A stretch of 64,000 nt of DNA from Kiritimatiellia bacterium (GCA_046482825.1 JAWOEI010000028.1:9508-73507), one strand, 5' to 3'. Counted from the stretch's first letter, positions 30,825 to 41,248 are shown. The notes: generated by a model from the sequence alone, not told the origin. Translations and numbers: made by a program.

Positions 30825-32270
30825 TCATACGGAGCACGCTAACAGCTTCTCACAGGCATAGGCGGCGCTCAGGATATGTTCTTCGCCGAAGGCGGGTCCC
30901 AGAATCTGCAGGCCCACCGGAAGACCCTCCGCTGTCCTGCCGCACGGCAGAGAAATTCCGCATATTCCGGCAAGATTGGCCGGCACTGTAAAAACATCAC
31001 CAAGATACATTTTCAGAGGATCCCGGGAAGCTTCGCCTATCCTGTATGCCGCAGTAGGCGCTACGGGAGTCATTATAACATCACACTGATCAAAAGCCTT
31101 TGTAAAATCCTCGCGAATCAGGGTTCGGGCCTTGAGGGCGCGTCCGTAGTAGGCATCGTAATATCCGCTGCTCAGGACATAGGTCCCGAGAATAATACGC
31201 CGTTTTACTTCAGTGCCAAAGCCTTCTGCCCTGCTGCGTGCGTAGAGGTCGAAAACGGATTCCGGTTTCTCCGTACGGTGACCGTAACGCACACCGTCGA
31301 AACGGGCAAGATTGGCAGAAGCCTCGGCTGTGGCGAGAATATAGTAAACCGCAATAGCATACTCGGTATGCGGGAGGGATATATCAATAATTTCAGCACC
31401 GGACGCAGCACAGCGTTTTACCGTATTCCGCACCAGGGTCATGACCTCCGGATCACTTCCCTCAACGTAATACTCCCGGGGAAGACCTATTTTAAGCCCC
31501 TTCATATCAGCATTCAGCATAGAAGGATAATCAGGCACCTCGACATTCAGAGTTGTGCCGTCACGGGGATCCGCCCCGGCCAGTTCTTTCAGCAAAACAG
31601 CGGCATCCTCAACACTCTTAGTCATAGGCCCCACCTGATCCAGAGAAGATGCATACGCGGTAACACCATAGCGGGAAACACGTCCGTAGGAAGGCTTCAC
31701 ACCGACGCAGCCGCAGAACGCGGCGGGCTGACGAATAGACCCTCCTGTATCGGTGCCCAGAGCCGCAATGGCTTCGCCACCTGCGACAGCAGCCGCCGAT
31801 CCGCCGCTGGAGCCTCCCGGAACACATTCAGGATTATGCGGATTAACGGTTGTTTTGAAAGCCGAGTTTTCGGTTGAAGACCCCATGGCGAACTCATCCA
31901 TATTGGTCCGTCCAGCAAAAACAGCTCCGGCCGACCGCAATTTAGCAGTGACCGTGGCATCATAAAGCGACATATAGCCTTCAAGCTGTTTCGAGGCACA
32001 GCCGCAGGTTTCACCCTTGACGTTGATGATATCCTTCACCGCCAAAGGCACCCCCAGCAGAGGGGAATCATCCCCGGAAGCGCGTTTCCGGTCAGCATCC
32101 TCCGCCTGTTCTAAAACAGTTTCGGAATTCACTGTCAGATAAGCATTGAGTGCATTATCTTTTATTCTGATGGAATCCAGAACAGCCTTTGAAAGTTCAA
32201 CTGATGAGAAATCCCTGTTTCTCAGACCATTCAAAGCGTCCCTCAACGTCAGGGTTGCAATATCTTCCAT
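30825..32270 (-). CDS. gatA: Glu-tRNA(Gln) amidotransferase subunit A
   Basis: Amidase signature GGSSGGSAAAVA. Start taken as ATG 32270 (MEDIATL); the track start at 32282 is a TTG. Confidence 0.95.
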   Translation of the reverse strand: MEDIATLTLRDALNGLRNRDFSSVELSKAVLDSIRIKDNALNAYLTVNSETVLEQAEDADRKRASGDDSPLLGVPLAVKDIINVKGETCGCASKQLEGYMSLYDATVTAKLRSAGAVFAGRTNMDEFAMGSSTENSAFKTTVNPHNPECVPGGSSGGSAAAVAGGEAIAALGTDTGGSIRQPAAFCGCVGVKPSYGRVSRYGVTAYASSLDQVGPMTKSVEDAAVLLKELAGADPRDGTTLNVEVPDYPSMLNADMKGLKIGLPREYYVEGSDPEVMTLVRNTVKRCAASGAEIIDISLPHTEYAIAVYYILATAEASANLARFDGVRYGHRTEKPESVFDLYARSRAEGFGTEVKRRIILGTYVLSSGYYDAYYGRALKARTLIREDFTKAFDQCDVIMTPVAPTAAYRIGEASRDPLKMYLGDVFTVPANLAGICGISLPCGRTAEGLPVGLQILGPAFGEEHILSAAYACEKLLACSV

Positions 32271-32367
32271 AAAAAATCTCAAAAATATTTAATCCATATC
32301 TGGACGGCAGTACTGTAACAGAGCATGATACCGACTGACTGCAAATCGGTGACAGAACACAGCGAAC

Positions 32368-32658
32368 TCAGGCATCCTCAACTATCCGGGGAAGTCTGAA
32401 TTCGAATTCAGTGCGTTCCGGAGCATTGCACAAAACATCCTCACGGTCCAGCGAGGGCTGCACTGCATCCTCACGGAAAACGTTTGCTGAAATCTGTCCG
32501 TGCATTGTCGGTTTAATATCGACAAGGTCCAGTTCATTAATTTTTTCAACGTAATTGACAATAGTCTCAAGCTGATTCTGAAAAGTTATACACTCTTCAT
32601 CGCTGAGAGCTATGCGTGCCAATTCCGCCACATAAGCCACATCAATTGTCTGACTCAC
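32368..32658 (-). CDS. gatC: Glu-tRNA(Gln) amidotransferase subunit C
   Basis: 96 aa with VAELARIALSDEE...PLR-type GatC sequence, located upstream of gatA. Confidence 0.9.
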   Translation of the reverse strand: MSQTIDVAYVAELARIALSDEECITFQNQLETIVNYVEKINELDLVDIKPTMHGQISANVFREDAVQPSLDREDVLCNAPERTEFEFRLPRIVEDA

Positions 32659-32819
32659 CTGAATATCTCCTGAAAATCAACTTATTTAAAAACTGCTGTT
32701 TTCAAATGTAATGTGCCGATTATATCATTATTACAGAAGCAGACAATTACAAAACCGCACAAATGCCGGATTAATTCGTTTATTGTTCTTTCGTATGATA
32801 GTGGTTTATAATTCAGACC

Positions 32820-35800
32820 ATGGATTCGGTAAAACTTTTATATCTTAATGCTGTATGTTGCGTTATGAGTGTATGCGCAGCTCAGCAGAACACTGTTAAA
32901 CGCGTTTTTAATTTTGAACCTCCCCTGATTATCGAACAGCCTGACAACACATGCCGTATCGAAATGGACAACTGCCGTCCGGATGACATCCCCTCAAAAC
33001 CATCGCTTCCTGTTTACAGCGTGTCTGTTGATATTCCAGCCGGATTCAGAGTGGATAAAGTGGCACTGACCCTGTCTGAAGAGGAAACCATACAGCTTTC
33101 GTATCCTGTCGTTCACGCCCAGCCGTTTTTCAAACCGGGTCAGAAACACATTCCTGTGGAGCCTGATCCCCTGATATACCAGGCGGATACCATCTATCCG
33201 CAGGATAACCGTCTCAGCTGGCGGACAGATCCCACGGGCGGTAAAAACCTGCTGTCGGGAATTTTTTCGCCCGTGCAGTATAATCCGAAGGAGAATCTTC
33301 TCTTTTATTATTCCAAAGCAGCTCTCGTCATTTATCTTGCCGAAAAACAGACCGAGTCTGTGACGGCCTTGCGTATGCTCAACACCGTCACATCACCGCT
33401 GAACCCGGAAGACCGCTTTGACTATCTGATCATATCAACATCCAATCTGATAGAAACCGCCGCGCCTCCATGGGATTTTAATGCTCTGCTTGACAGGCGG
33501 GATGATAGCGGGTTCATCACAGAAATTATACCTGTCGAATGGATTTACGAAAATTACGACGGTGTTGACCGACCTGAAAAAATCCGTCACTTTCTGCAGG
33601 ATGCCCATAAAACCTGGAATCTGAGATATCTGCTTATTGCGGGAACACACAGCATGATACCTACACGACTCCTACACATCGAAATCGACGGCATATTCAC
33701 TGATTATATTGATGATATACCTGCAGATCATGTTTACTACGGCTGCATGGAAGGAAGTTATGACGGCAACGGCAATGGACTGTACGGGGAATACAACGAT
33801 GGTGACGGGGGCGGCGACGTGGATCTCACGGCTGAAATTCTGGTCGGACGTTTTCCGGTGGAAAACGCAACCGAGCTGTCGCACATGGTACGGAAAACTC
33901 TGGAATACGACCTGGCATCCGAAGATGAATTTTACAACAACGGGTTTATGTCTGAAAAAATTGATATAGGCAACAATATTTATGCAAAACCGTTCATGGA
34001 GGAAATCCGCAAAGGAAGCACAGCCTACGGCAGAGACACGTTAGGCTATACAACATCTCCCTATACTCAGGAATTTATCACCACAAACAACCTGCATGAC
34101 GGCAGCAACTATAATTTCACCGCCGCGGAGGCACTCAACTATTTCACGAACAAACTTCATTCGATCAATCATTTCGGACACGGATCATACCATCAGTGTT
34201 TCAAACTCAACAGTCTGCAGGAGACGGGCAAAACTGCAATTGCGTCTCTGGACAATCCTTTTCCGTGGTTTGTCTATTCACAGGCATGTCTTTGCGGCGC
34301 TTTTGATAAAGAAGACTGCTTTGCTGAACATTTTGTCACAGTCAGTAATGCCGCATCTGTCGTTATTATGAATTCACGCAACGGCTGGGCCAACAGCACT
34401 GGTGTTTACGGACATTCCCACTATTTTCACCGTCACTTCTGGAACAGTCTTTTCCGCAGCCAGGCTTCAACTTTCGGTGAGATGAACGAAGCTTCGCGCC
34501 GTGCCAATCTCGGCAATGTCCCCTCTTTCGGAGCCTCATTATGGCGCTGGGTTTATTATGAACTCAACCTTTTCGGAGACCCGGCTCTGCCAGTGATGCC
34601 ATCACTTTTAAAAACCCGTCCTGTATTCAGCCATACCCCCCTGCAAAACACATACAACATCACATCCAATCACACAGCCACCTGCTCTTTAGGTCCAACA
34701 GGAATTTACGACAGTGAATCACCTTTCGCAGTGTGGTCATCCAGCGCTCATGCCGGAAGTTTCACTCAGAAAATGACAAGGCTGACTGGTAGCAGCTACC
34801 GTTTGGAAATACCCGCACAACCGCTCTACTCCCGGATAGATTACTTTATCAGCGCATCCAACCGTGCCGGTTACGCGGCAGCGGAACCGGAATCGGACAC
34901 CCACACCTTTTATATAACAGATAAACTTGATCTCCTGATAGCAGGCTCGCCATACGATATAGGCACCGTCAACCCCGCGTATGGAAACTGTTCCAGCGCA
35001 TCCGGCCTGGTCATAAATGCATCGGCAGTGACCCCTGCGTATGACTCGGAAGACATCCGCTATGTAAACAACGGTTTTATCGGTACAGGTAGCATACCGC
35101 CGGAATCAACAAATCAGTTTATAAGTTTTCAGATTGACGTAAACTCCATCCTCATCTGGCGCTGGCAAAAAGAATACCGCACTCTGATAAACAGCAGCCT
35201 TGCAATACCGCCGGAAAAAACATACTGGCTTAAGGAAAACAGTGCTTTCAGACCGCCTCCCGCTGAGCTCTATGTTACAGACACAATGACAAATCTTTTC
35301 GCTTTTGCCGGCTGGCAGATGGATGGAACACGTTCGCCAGCTCCCCCGGAAAAAAGTGTACTCCAGCATCCGGACATCATATCAGATGCTCCCCATGAGC
35401 TTCAGGCTGTCTATATACCAGCGGCACAGGATTCCGATGGAAACGGGATTGAAGACTGGTGGGAACATCAATACTTCGGAGAGACAGGTCAGGACATATT
35501 TGCCGATCACGATGACGACGGCTATGATCTTTATGAAGAGTTCGAAGACCATTCAGATCCGCTGGACCCGGCAGTGATTCCCGCAGCACCGTATATTGAG
35601 CACGAGCCCCTCGACTCCACCGCAGACCACCCCGGGCCTTTTTCCATCAATGCGACTATAACCGACACCCATGCAGTTACTAATGCATGTGTGAAATGGC
35701 GTATCAACAGTAGCCTGCAGAGATCGACACCTATGACGCTGATATCCAACAGTTTATATAGTGCTGATATAGCACACGAAACATCTCCGGGAGACATGAT

Positions 35801-37760
35801 ACGCTATACGGTTGAAGCGGATGATCCATCCGGCAATCACAGATCAACCGACACCTTTGACGTATTCCTTGCCTATCCTGTTGCCGACTACTCCATGATG
35901 GATAACCTGACAGTTGCAAGCAAACCGCAAAACACAGTCATTACCAACAAATCGTTCATAATCAACCGGGGCAACGTTCCGCTTAACTGGTCGATTGCCT
36001 TCGGATTTGAAGAAAAATTCGTATCTGACAGTCTGAAGGATCTTATTAAATGGGATGTCAAATCCATTGAACAGTCCTGGGTGATATCAACCAACCGTTC
36101 CTGCTCCCCCGCCTTCTCCATGCACGCCTTTATTGTTTCAACGGGAGGATCGCCCCATTACGCCTCTATCTCTCTCCCGCCCCTGGTCATCGGAACCGAT
36201 GCCGAACTGAGTTTTTATCACTGGATGGATGGCGAAGTCAGCACAACCGAAGACCCGACACGCGCTTTTGACGGAGGCATCATCGAGTATTCTCTTGACG
36301 CAGGAAACACTTATCAGCAACTCGCCGCCCCATACACCCATACCATTTACGGATGGAATATGTCTCCCTGGCCTGATAACACCCCCTGCTTTTCAGGCCA
36401 CGGCAATAACTGGGAAAAAATCGAAATCAATCTGAATCAGTATCATCCAGAATTCACCGGATTCGAAGGGCAGACCGTAATTTTCCGTTTCACTTACGGC
36501 AGTGATGACAACACAGACAGGGAAGGCTGGTATATTGACGACATCCGCATCTCTCCGACCTCACCCCCGGCCGGGTTTGATTATAGTCTGCCAGCCCCCA
36601 CTCCCCTGATAACATATCCGGGCAGCTACAGTGAATTGCTCTTCCGCAATCTGCCGCATATCATGAACTCCCGAACAGAATACACAAGCGTGTTTCTGGA
36701 CAGCAACGCCCCCGAAAACGCAGCCTTCTCATTCCTGTGGCAGGCTCTGATCCGCGAAAATCCGCTGATATATGAATTCAATATCAATCAGCAGCCCTTC
36801 GGTGACGGAGATGTCAATCTGCTGATATCAACCCGTGAAAAGGACAATGAGCCCATAGATCTGCAGCTGGAATGGTCTGATGACCGTGGACACAACTGGC
36901 ACAGTGCGGCACTGAAAAACATAGCTTTTTCACCGGCCTTCACGAATATTCCCGACTCAGCACCCGAAGGTGTAATCAGTGGAATACCCGGAACAACCAA
37001 TTCCGTGCCGGTAACAAACACTGTTAACGCTGTCTGGAACAGCGCTGCTCCGGAAACGGACATCGGCTGGTTATCCAATGTCTGTATGCGGCTGAACGTT
37101 TCAAATCGCTGGTTCACCACAAATTCAATCTGCATATTCCCTGTCGATAACATCCCTCCGGCATTCACTCCCGGAACAATTGCGGCAGGGCCTCAAAATG
37201 ACGGCGGTAATTATATCGTTTCCAGCAACCTTGTCACATTCGCCTGGCCGCCTGCAATTGACACCCCGGAAAACAACCAGACAGGCTACCGGCTCACCGC
37301 TGGAACAGATGTGCTGGGAGTCTGCACCAACCGGATTTCGATGTCTGTCATTATGAGCAATCGTCTGAATCAGCAGACTTCAGTCACGGTTACTCCTTTT
37401 GATCCTCTGGGCAATCAGGGAGAAGCTCTGGAACTGGCTGTACTAGTTCTTGATCCCGACAGCGATTACGATAACGACGGAACAAGCACAGGCGATGAAA
37501 CCAAAGCCGGCACCGATGCAAGCGACAGCCAAAGCGTCTTTATCATAAACTCCTGCAACAGCAGCACCGACAGCTTCACACTCAGCTGGCATAGTGTGAC
37601 AAACCGCTTCTACACTGTTCAGACCTGCAAATCACTCAGTGATCCCGTCTGGACAGATATCCCTGAATTAAAGACCACTCCCGGGACAGGAGAAATAATG
37701 ACGGCGGATGTCCCGCAAGCCGCCACCAATGCCTTCTTCCGTGTGAAGGCAGAACAATAA
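32820..37760 (+). CDS. Giant secreted multidomain protein with a peptidase C25 (gingipain-like) catalytic domain
   Basis: 1646 aa with a signal peptide. C25-type His (NHFGHGS; His454 at 34179-34181) and Cys (YSQACLCG; Cys490 at 34287-34289). Asp-rich calcium-binding-type repeats (DSDGNGIEDWWE, DHDDDGYD, DPDSDYDNDG), a MAM/jelly-roll-like block (REGWYIDDIRI) and a C-terminal beta-sandwich ending FFRVKAEQ. Confidence 0.8.
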   Translation: MDSVKLLYLNAVCCVMSVCAAQQNTVKRVFNFEPPLIIEQPDNTCRIEMDNCRPDDIPSKPSLPVYSVSVDIPAGFRVDKVALTLSEEETIQLSYPVVHAQPFFKPGQKHIPVEPDPLIYQADTIYPQDNRLSWRTDPTGGKNLLSGIFSPVQYNPKENLLFYYSKAALVIYLAEKQTESVTALRMLNTVTSPLNPEDRFDYLIISTSNLIETAAPPWDFNALLDRRDDSGFITEIIPVEWIYENYDGVDRPEKIRHFLQDAHKTWNLRYLLIAGTHSMIPTRLLHIEIDGIFTDYIDDIPADHVYYGCMEGSYDGNGNGLYGEYNDGDGGGDVDLTAEILVGRFPVENATELSHMVRKTLEYDLASEDEFYNNGFMSEKIDIGNNIYAKPFMEEIRKGSTAYGRDTLGYTTSPYTQEFITTNNLHDGSNYNFTAAEALNYFTNKLHSINHFGHGSYHQCFKLNSLQETGKTAIASLDNPFPWFVYSQACLCGAFDKEDCFAEHFVTVSNAASVVIMNSRNGWANSTGVYGHSHYFHRHFWNSLFRSQASTFGEMNEASRRANLGNVPSFGASLWRWVYYELNLFGDPALPVMPSLLKTRPVFSHTPLQNTYNITSNHTATCSLGPTGIYDSESPFAVWSSSAHAGSFTQKMTRLTGSSYRLEIPAQPLYSRIDYFISASNRAGYAAAEPESDTHTFYITDKLDLLIAGSPYDIGTVNPAYGNCSSASGLVINASAVTPAYDSEDIRYVNNGFIGTGSIPPESTNQFISFQIDVNSILIWRWQKEYRTLINSSLAIPPEKTYWLKENSAFRPPPAELYVTDTMTNLFAFAGWQMDGTRSPAPPEKSVLQHPDIISDAPHELQAVYIPAAQDSDGNGIEDWWEHQYFGETGQDIFADHDDDGYDLYEEFEDHSDPLDPAVIPAAPYIEHEPLDSTADHPGPFSINATITDTHAVTNACVKWRINSSLQRSTPMTLISNSLYSADIAHETSPGDMIRYTVEADDPSGNHRSTDTFDVFLAYPVADYSMMDNLTVASKPQNTVITNKSFIINRGNVPLNWSIAFGFEEKFVSDSLKDLIKWDVKSIEQSWVISTNRSCSPAFSMHAFIVSTGGSPHYASISLPPLVIGTDAELSFYHWMDGEVSTTEDPTRAFDGGIIEYSLDAGNTYQQLAAPYTHTIYGWNMSPWPDNTPCFSGHGNNWEKIEINLNQYHPEFTGFEGQTVIFRFTYGSDDNTDREGWYIDDIRISPTSPPAGFDYSLPAPTPLITYPGSYSELLFRNLPHIMNSRTEYTSVFLDSNAPENAAFSFLWQALIRENPLIYEFNINQQPFGDGDVNLLISTREKDNEPIDLQLEWSDDRGHNWHSAALKNIAFSPAFTNIPDSAPEGVISGIPGTTNSVPVTNTVNAVWNSAAPETDIGWLSNVCMRLNVSNRWFTTNSICIFPVDNIPPAFTPGTIAAGPQNDGGNYIVSSNLVTFAWPPAIDTPENNQTGYRLTAGTDVLGVCTNRISMSVIMSNRLNQQTSVTVTPFDPLGNQGEALELAVLVLDPDSDYDNDGTSTGDETKAGTDASDSQSVFIINSCNSSTDSFTLSWHSVTNRFYTVQTCKSLSDPVWTDIPELKTTPGTGEIMTADVPQAATNAFFRVKAEQ

Positions 37761-37813
37761 AAACATCAGACAGATCATTCTGTTATGACAGAGAAACCTG
37801 AGCATCCGCAATT

Positions 37814-38857
37814 ATGACAAAACACTCTTTATTCATCATTTATCTTCTCGCAGCCTTTTTTATTGCTGGCTGTTCACGTTATCCGCAACAAATCAAACGG
37901 CTGCAGTGGTGCACAATGGGCACAATCGCAGCCGTGCAGTCAACCGACCTCGCATCAGCCCAGAAACTCAGGACAACAGCCATTGACAGTTTCGGAAAAG
38001 TTGAAGATGAACTGTCCGCCTGGAATCCGGAGTCGGATTTATCAACAATCAACAACCGTGCCGGAAGCAATACCCCGACACCCGTCTCAGCGGCATTCAC
38101 CAACATCCTGAAGATATCAACAGATTTTGCCAGTTTGAGCGACGGCGCATTCAATCCGCTCATAGGGCCTGTTCTTAACGCCTGGGGATTCAACGGCACG
38201 ACTGCGCCGGCTGCACCGCCGGCCGATGCCGACCTGAGCAAAGCTCTTATGCTGGCGAATACCGCGGAAATCAGAGTAACAACATCCGGAAACACCCCGC
38301 TGGTTTCCCTGGGGCTTCCGGGAATGCAGCTGGATTTCGGTGCCGTAGCCAAAGGCTATGCGGTTGACATTGTGTGGCAGAAAGCGACAAAACAGGGACT
38401 TTCCAATCTCCTGATTGATCTTGGAGGAAACCTGCGGGCCATGGGCGAAGCCCAGCCGGGACGCGGAGGATGGCTGACGGGAATAAAAAATCCGTTCAAC
38501 AAAAACCGCCTCATCGCAAAGGTACTTCTGCTGGACGGAGAAGCCATCTCAACATCGGGCAACTACGAACGTTTTGTTGAAATAAAGGGAGAACGCTGCG
38601 CTCACATCATAGATGGGCGCACAGCAAAACCGGTTAAAGGCATGGCAGGTGTCACCGTTATTGCACCGGATGCCGCAACCGCAGATGCCCTCTCCACAAC
38701 CCTGTTTATCACAGGCGTTGAAAAAGGGGAAATGCTTCTTGAAAAACATTTCACCAACTCCCTGGCTCTATGGATCCCGGACAGGCAACCGGCTGAAATT
38801 ATCGCAACAGACAGGATGAAGCAAAGACTACAGAAAATATCTGTCCCTTACAGATAA
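37814..38857 (+). CDS. apbE: FAD:protein FMN transferase (ApbE family) lipoprotein
   Basis: 347 aa with lipobox FFIAGCS, TMGT near the N-terminus and the ApbE-like blocks GAVAKGYAVD and TSGNYERF. Confidence 0.9.
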   Translation: MTKHSLFIIYLLAAFFIAGCSRYPQQIKRLQWCTMGTIAAVQSTDLASAQKLRTTAIDSFGKVEDELSAWNPESDLSTINNRAGSNTPTPVSAAFTNILKISTDFASLSDGAFNPLIGPVLNAWGFNGTTAPAAPPADADLSKALMLANTAEIRVTTSGNTPLVSLGLPGMQLDFGAVAKGYAVDIVWQKATKQGLSNLLIDLGGNLRAMGEAQPGRGGWLTGIKNPFNKNRLIAKVLLLDGEAISTSGNYERFVEIKGERCAHIIDGRTAKPVKGMAGVTVIAPDAATADALSTTLFITGVEKGEMLLEKHFTNSLALWIPDRQPAEIIATDRMKQRLQKISVPYR

Positions 38858-39123
38858 ACACCTGAACATAAGGGCCATTCATGCATTGCGGATACACTCT
38901 CAGATACATGTATTTCTTTCAGGCTCTATCGTGATGCTCACTTTCCGAGTTTACAAGACAGAATGACGCAAATTGCTGCAATCATTTTCTTCCATTTATC
39001 GCAAAGGCGCAGAGACAGGAGGTGTTGTTGCCGCTCTGGAAAGACCGACCGGATCGACCTTCCAAAGCGTATAAGCGCAGACGGAGTCTGCGCACTCCAA
39101 AGCCTGCGGCAAATCAGCCAAAC

Positions 39124-39166
39124 TTACATATTCATTACATTTATGTACATTTTTACATATTTACAA
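39124..39166 (+). promoter_or_regulatory. Array of five T(T/G)ACA(T/A) repeats upstream of pyrC
   Basis: TTACAT at 39124, TTACAT at 39135, GTACAT at 39145, TTACAT at 39153 and TTACAA at 39161, with spacings of 11, 10, 8 and 8 nt. The array ends about 50 nt upstream of the pyrC ATG. Confidence 0.3.
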
Positions 39167-39212
39167 ACTGAATCTGATTGCAAGGGCTATACATTGCAAC
39201 TACAATAAAACT

Positions 39213-40475
39213 ATGACTGATTTTTGCATCAAAAACATCCGTATTGTTGATCCATCCTGTAAGCGCGATGAAATCAGCAACATAATTATACGCAACGGAA
39301 CAATCCAGCCTGACGATTCCGACACCGAAGGCCTGGAAGTTCTTGACGGAAACGGACTCATTGCCGCTCCCGGCTTCTGGGATGTGCATGTGCATTTCCG
39401 TGATCCCGGCAATCCTTTGGCGGAAACCCAACGTACCGGAGCGCTTGCCGCTTCCGCAGGAGGTTTCACACATGTAGTGACCATGCCTAACACAGTCCCG
39501 GCAATGGATACTCCCGAACAGATACAGTTACAGCAGGATGAAACGCTTCCAGTCATAATTCTTCCCTCAGCATGCATAAGCTCGCAACGCAGCGGCAGAG
39601 AGCTGGCAAATCTGCCGGCCCTGCTCCGGGCCGGAGCTGTGGCATTCACGGATGACGGTGCTATGCTGGCTGATGATGATCTTATGCGCAAAGCCATGAA
39701 GCAAACCGTACAGCTGGGCTCTCTGATAATGGAACATGCGGTTCTTCCTTCGCTGGCCGGCAGAGGTATCATCAGGGACTGTGAATTAGCCAGACGCTAC
39801 GATCTGCCGATCTTCCCTCCCGCAGCGGAAACAAAAGCTGTAGAGCGTGACATCAGACTCTGCCGGGAAACCGGATGCCCCCTTCATATACAGCATATCT
39901 CCTGCGGCAAATCCGTGGAACTCATCCGCCAGGCGCGTAAAGAAGGGCTGCCAGTAACGGGCGAAGCATCACCGCATCACATATCCATCGCTGTTGAGGA
40001 TATCACATCTGACGACGGCAACTACCGCATGAATCCGCCACTGGGCAACCGCAATGATGTCAGAGCCATTCGCGACGGCCTGCTGGACGGAACCCTCAGC
40101 ATGTTTGCAACCGATCATGCCCCGCACACCAGCGAAACCAAGATAAAGGGTTTTTTGAAAGCGCCCTTCGGAGTTATCGGTCTGGAAACCGCCATAGGCA
40201 TAACATGGAAGGTTATGGTTGAAGAAGAGAAGATGGATCTGATGCAATGGATCTCCTGCTGGACAAGCGCTCCTGCCGCATTACTGCGCAGGCCGGAACC
40301 CACTTTGCAAACGGGTTCAAAAGCGGATATGGTAATTATTGATCCCGCCACGCAATGGACAGTTGACCCTGACAAATTCAAGTCACTCTCGCGCAACACA
40401 CCCTTTGCTGGCTGGAAACTCAATGCAAGGCCCGTCCTGACTGTATGCGAAGGACGCAGAGTTTACAGCGGCTGA
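39213..40475 (+). CDS. pyrC: Dihydroorotase
   Basis: 420 aa with the metal-binding DVHVHFRDPG, and amidohydrolase blocks including the ATDHAPH motif. Confidence 0.9.
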   Translation: MTDFCIKNIRIVDPSCKRDEISNIIIRNGTIQPDDSDTEGLEVLDGNGLIAAPGFWDVHVHFRDPGNPLAETQRTGALAASAGGFTHVVTMPNTVPAMDTPEQIQLQQDETLPVIILPSACISSQRSGRELANLPALLRAGAVAFTDDGAMLADDDLMRKAMKQTVQLGSLIMEHAVLPSLAGRGIIRDCELARRYDLPIFPPAAETKAVERDIRLCRETGCPLHIQHISCGKSVELIRQARKEGLPVTGEASPHHISIAVEDITSDDGNYRMNPPLGNRNDVRAIRDGLLDGTLSMFATDHAPHTSETKIKGFLKAPFGVIGLETAIGITWKVMVEEEKMDLMQWISCWTSAPAALLRRPEPTLQTGSKADMVIIDPATQWTVDPDKFKSLSRNTPFAGWKLNARPVLTVCEGRRVYSG

Positions 40476-41248
40476 AAATCGGCAAACAGCGCTTCGGCAT
40501 TTCCGGCTGTCAGCCCGGCAATAAACTCCGCAGATTTTCCGCGCACCTCCGCCAGACACTCTGCCACATATTTTACAAAAGCCGGCTCATTCTGACTGCC
40601 ACGTAAAGGAACCGGAGCAAGATAAGGTGAATCGGTTTCTATAAGCAGGCGCTCGTCCGGCACATAAGCAGCACTTTCACGCAACGCACCGGCATTGCGG
40701 AATGTCACGATGCCGCTGAAACTGATGGCCAGCTGCCTATCCAACAGTTGCTTTGCGAACTCCTTGCTGCCGGTAAAGCAATGAACAACGCCGCGCAGCC
40801 CCTCACCATGCCAGGGTGTTTCATCCAGAACCCGCAATGTCTCTTCATCTGCCTCGCGGGTATGAATAATCACCGGTTTACGCCACTCATCCGCAAACTC
40901 AAGATGAGCGGCGAACAACTCACACTGTGCTTCAGCTTTATCCGCTTCATAATGAAAGTCAAGTCCTGTCTCCCCGACTGCCGCCAAAAGTACTGTTTCA
41001 GCAATTCTGCGCAGAGCTTCAACATAAGCCTGAGCATTCGCATCTTTCGCCTGACTGCGGTCAAAACCCAGAGCTAAACCTACCTGGTCAGGAAAAATAT
41101 TTGAAACTTCAATCGCCGCCTCATTCAGATCACTGTTGCCTCCCACTGCAATCAGTCGGCTGACTCCTTCATCAGCCGCACGATGAAGAACAGCTTTATT
41201 CTCTGCCGAATTCAAACTGAAATGCGCATGAGTATCAAATAAATTCAT
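40463..41248 (-). CDS. tatD: TatD family metal-dependent hydrolase/DNase
   Basis: 261 aa with FDTHAHF, ETGLDFHY, HTREA, VHCFTG and ETDSPYL. Confidence 0.9.
   Translation of the reverse strand: MNLFDTHAHFSLNSAENKAVLHRAADEGVSRLIAVGGNSDLNEAAIEVSNIFPDQVGLALGFDRSQAKDANAQAYVEALRRIAETVLLAAVGETGLDFHYEADKAEAQCELFAAHLEFADEWRKPVIIHTREADEETLRVLDETPWHGEGLRGVVHCFTGSKEFAKQLLDRQLAISFSGIVTFRNAGALRESAAYVPDERLLIETDSPYLAPVPLRGSQNEPAFVKYVAECLAEVRGKSAEFIAGLTAGNAEALFADFQPL

Noticed and set aside
30876-31877. A 333-aa plus-strand ORF inside gatA.
   Set aside because: It is an antisense shadow of a highly conserved gene, with no recognisable motifs.
38963-39208. An 81-aa plus-strand ORF between apbE and pyrC.
   Set aside because: It consists of the repeat half-copy, a palindrome and the TTACAT array (...FITFMYIFTYLQ). 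No ribosome-binding site and non-protein-like.
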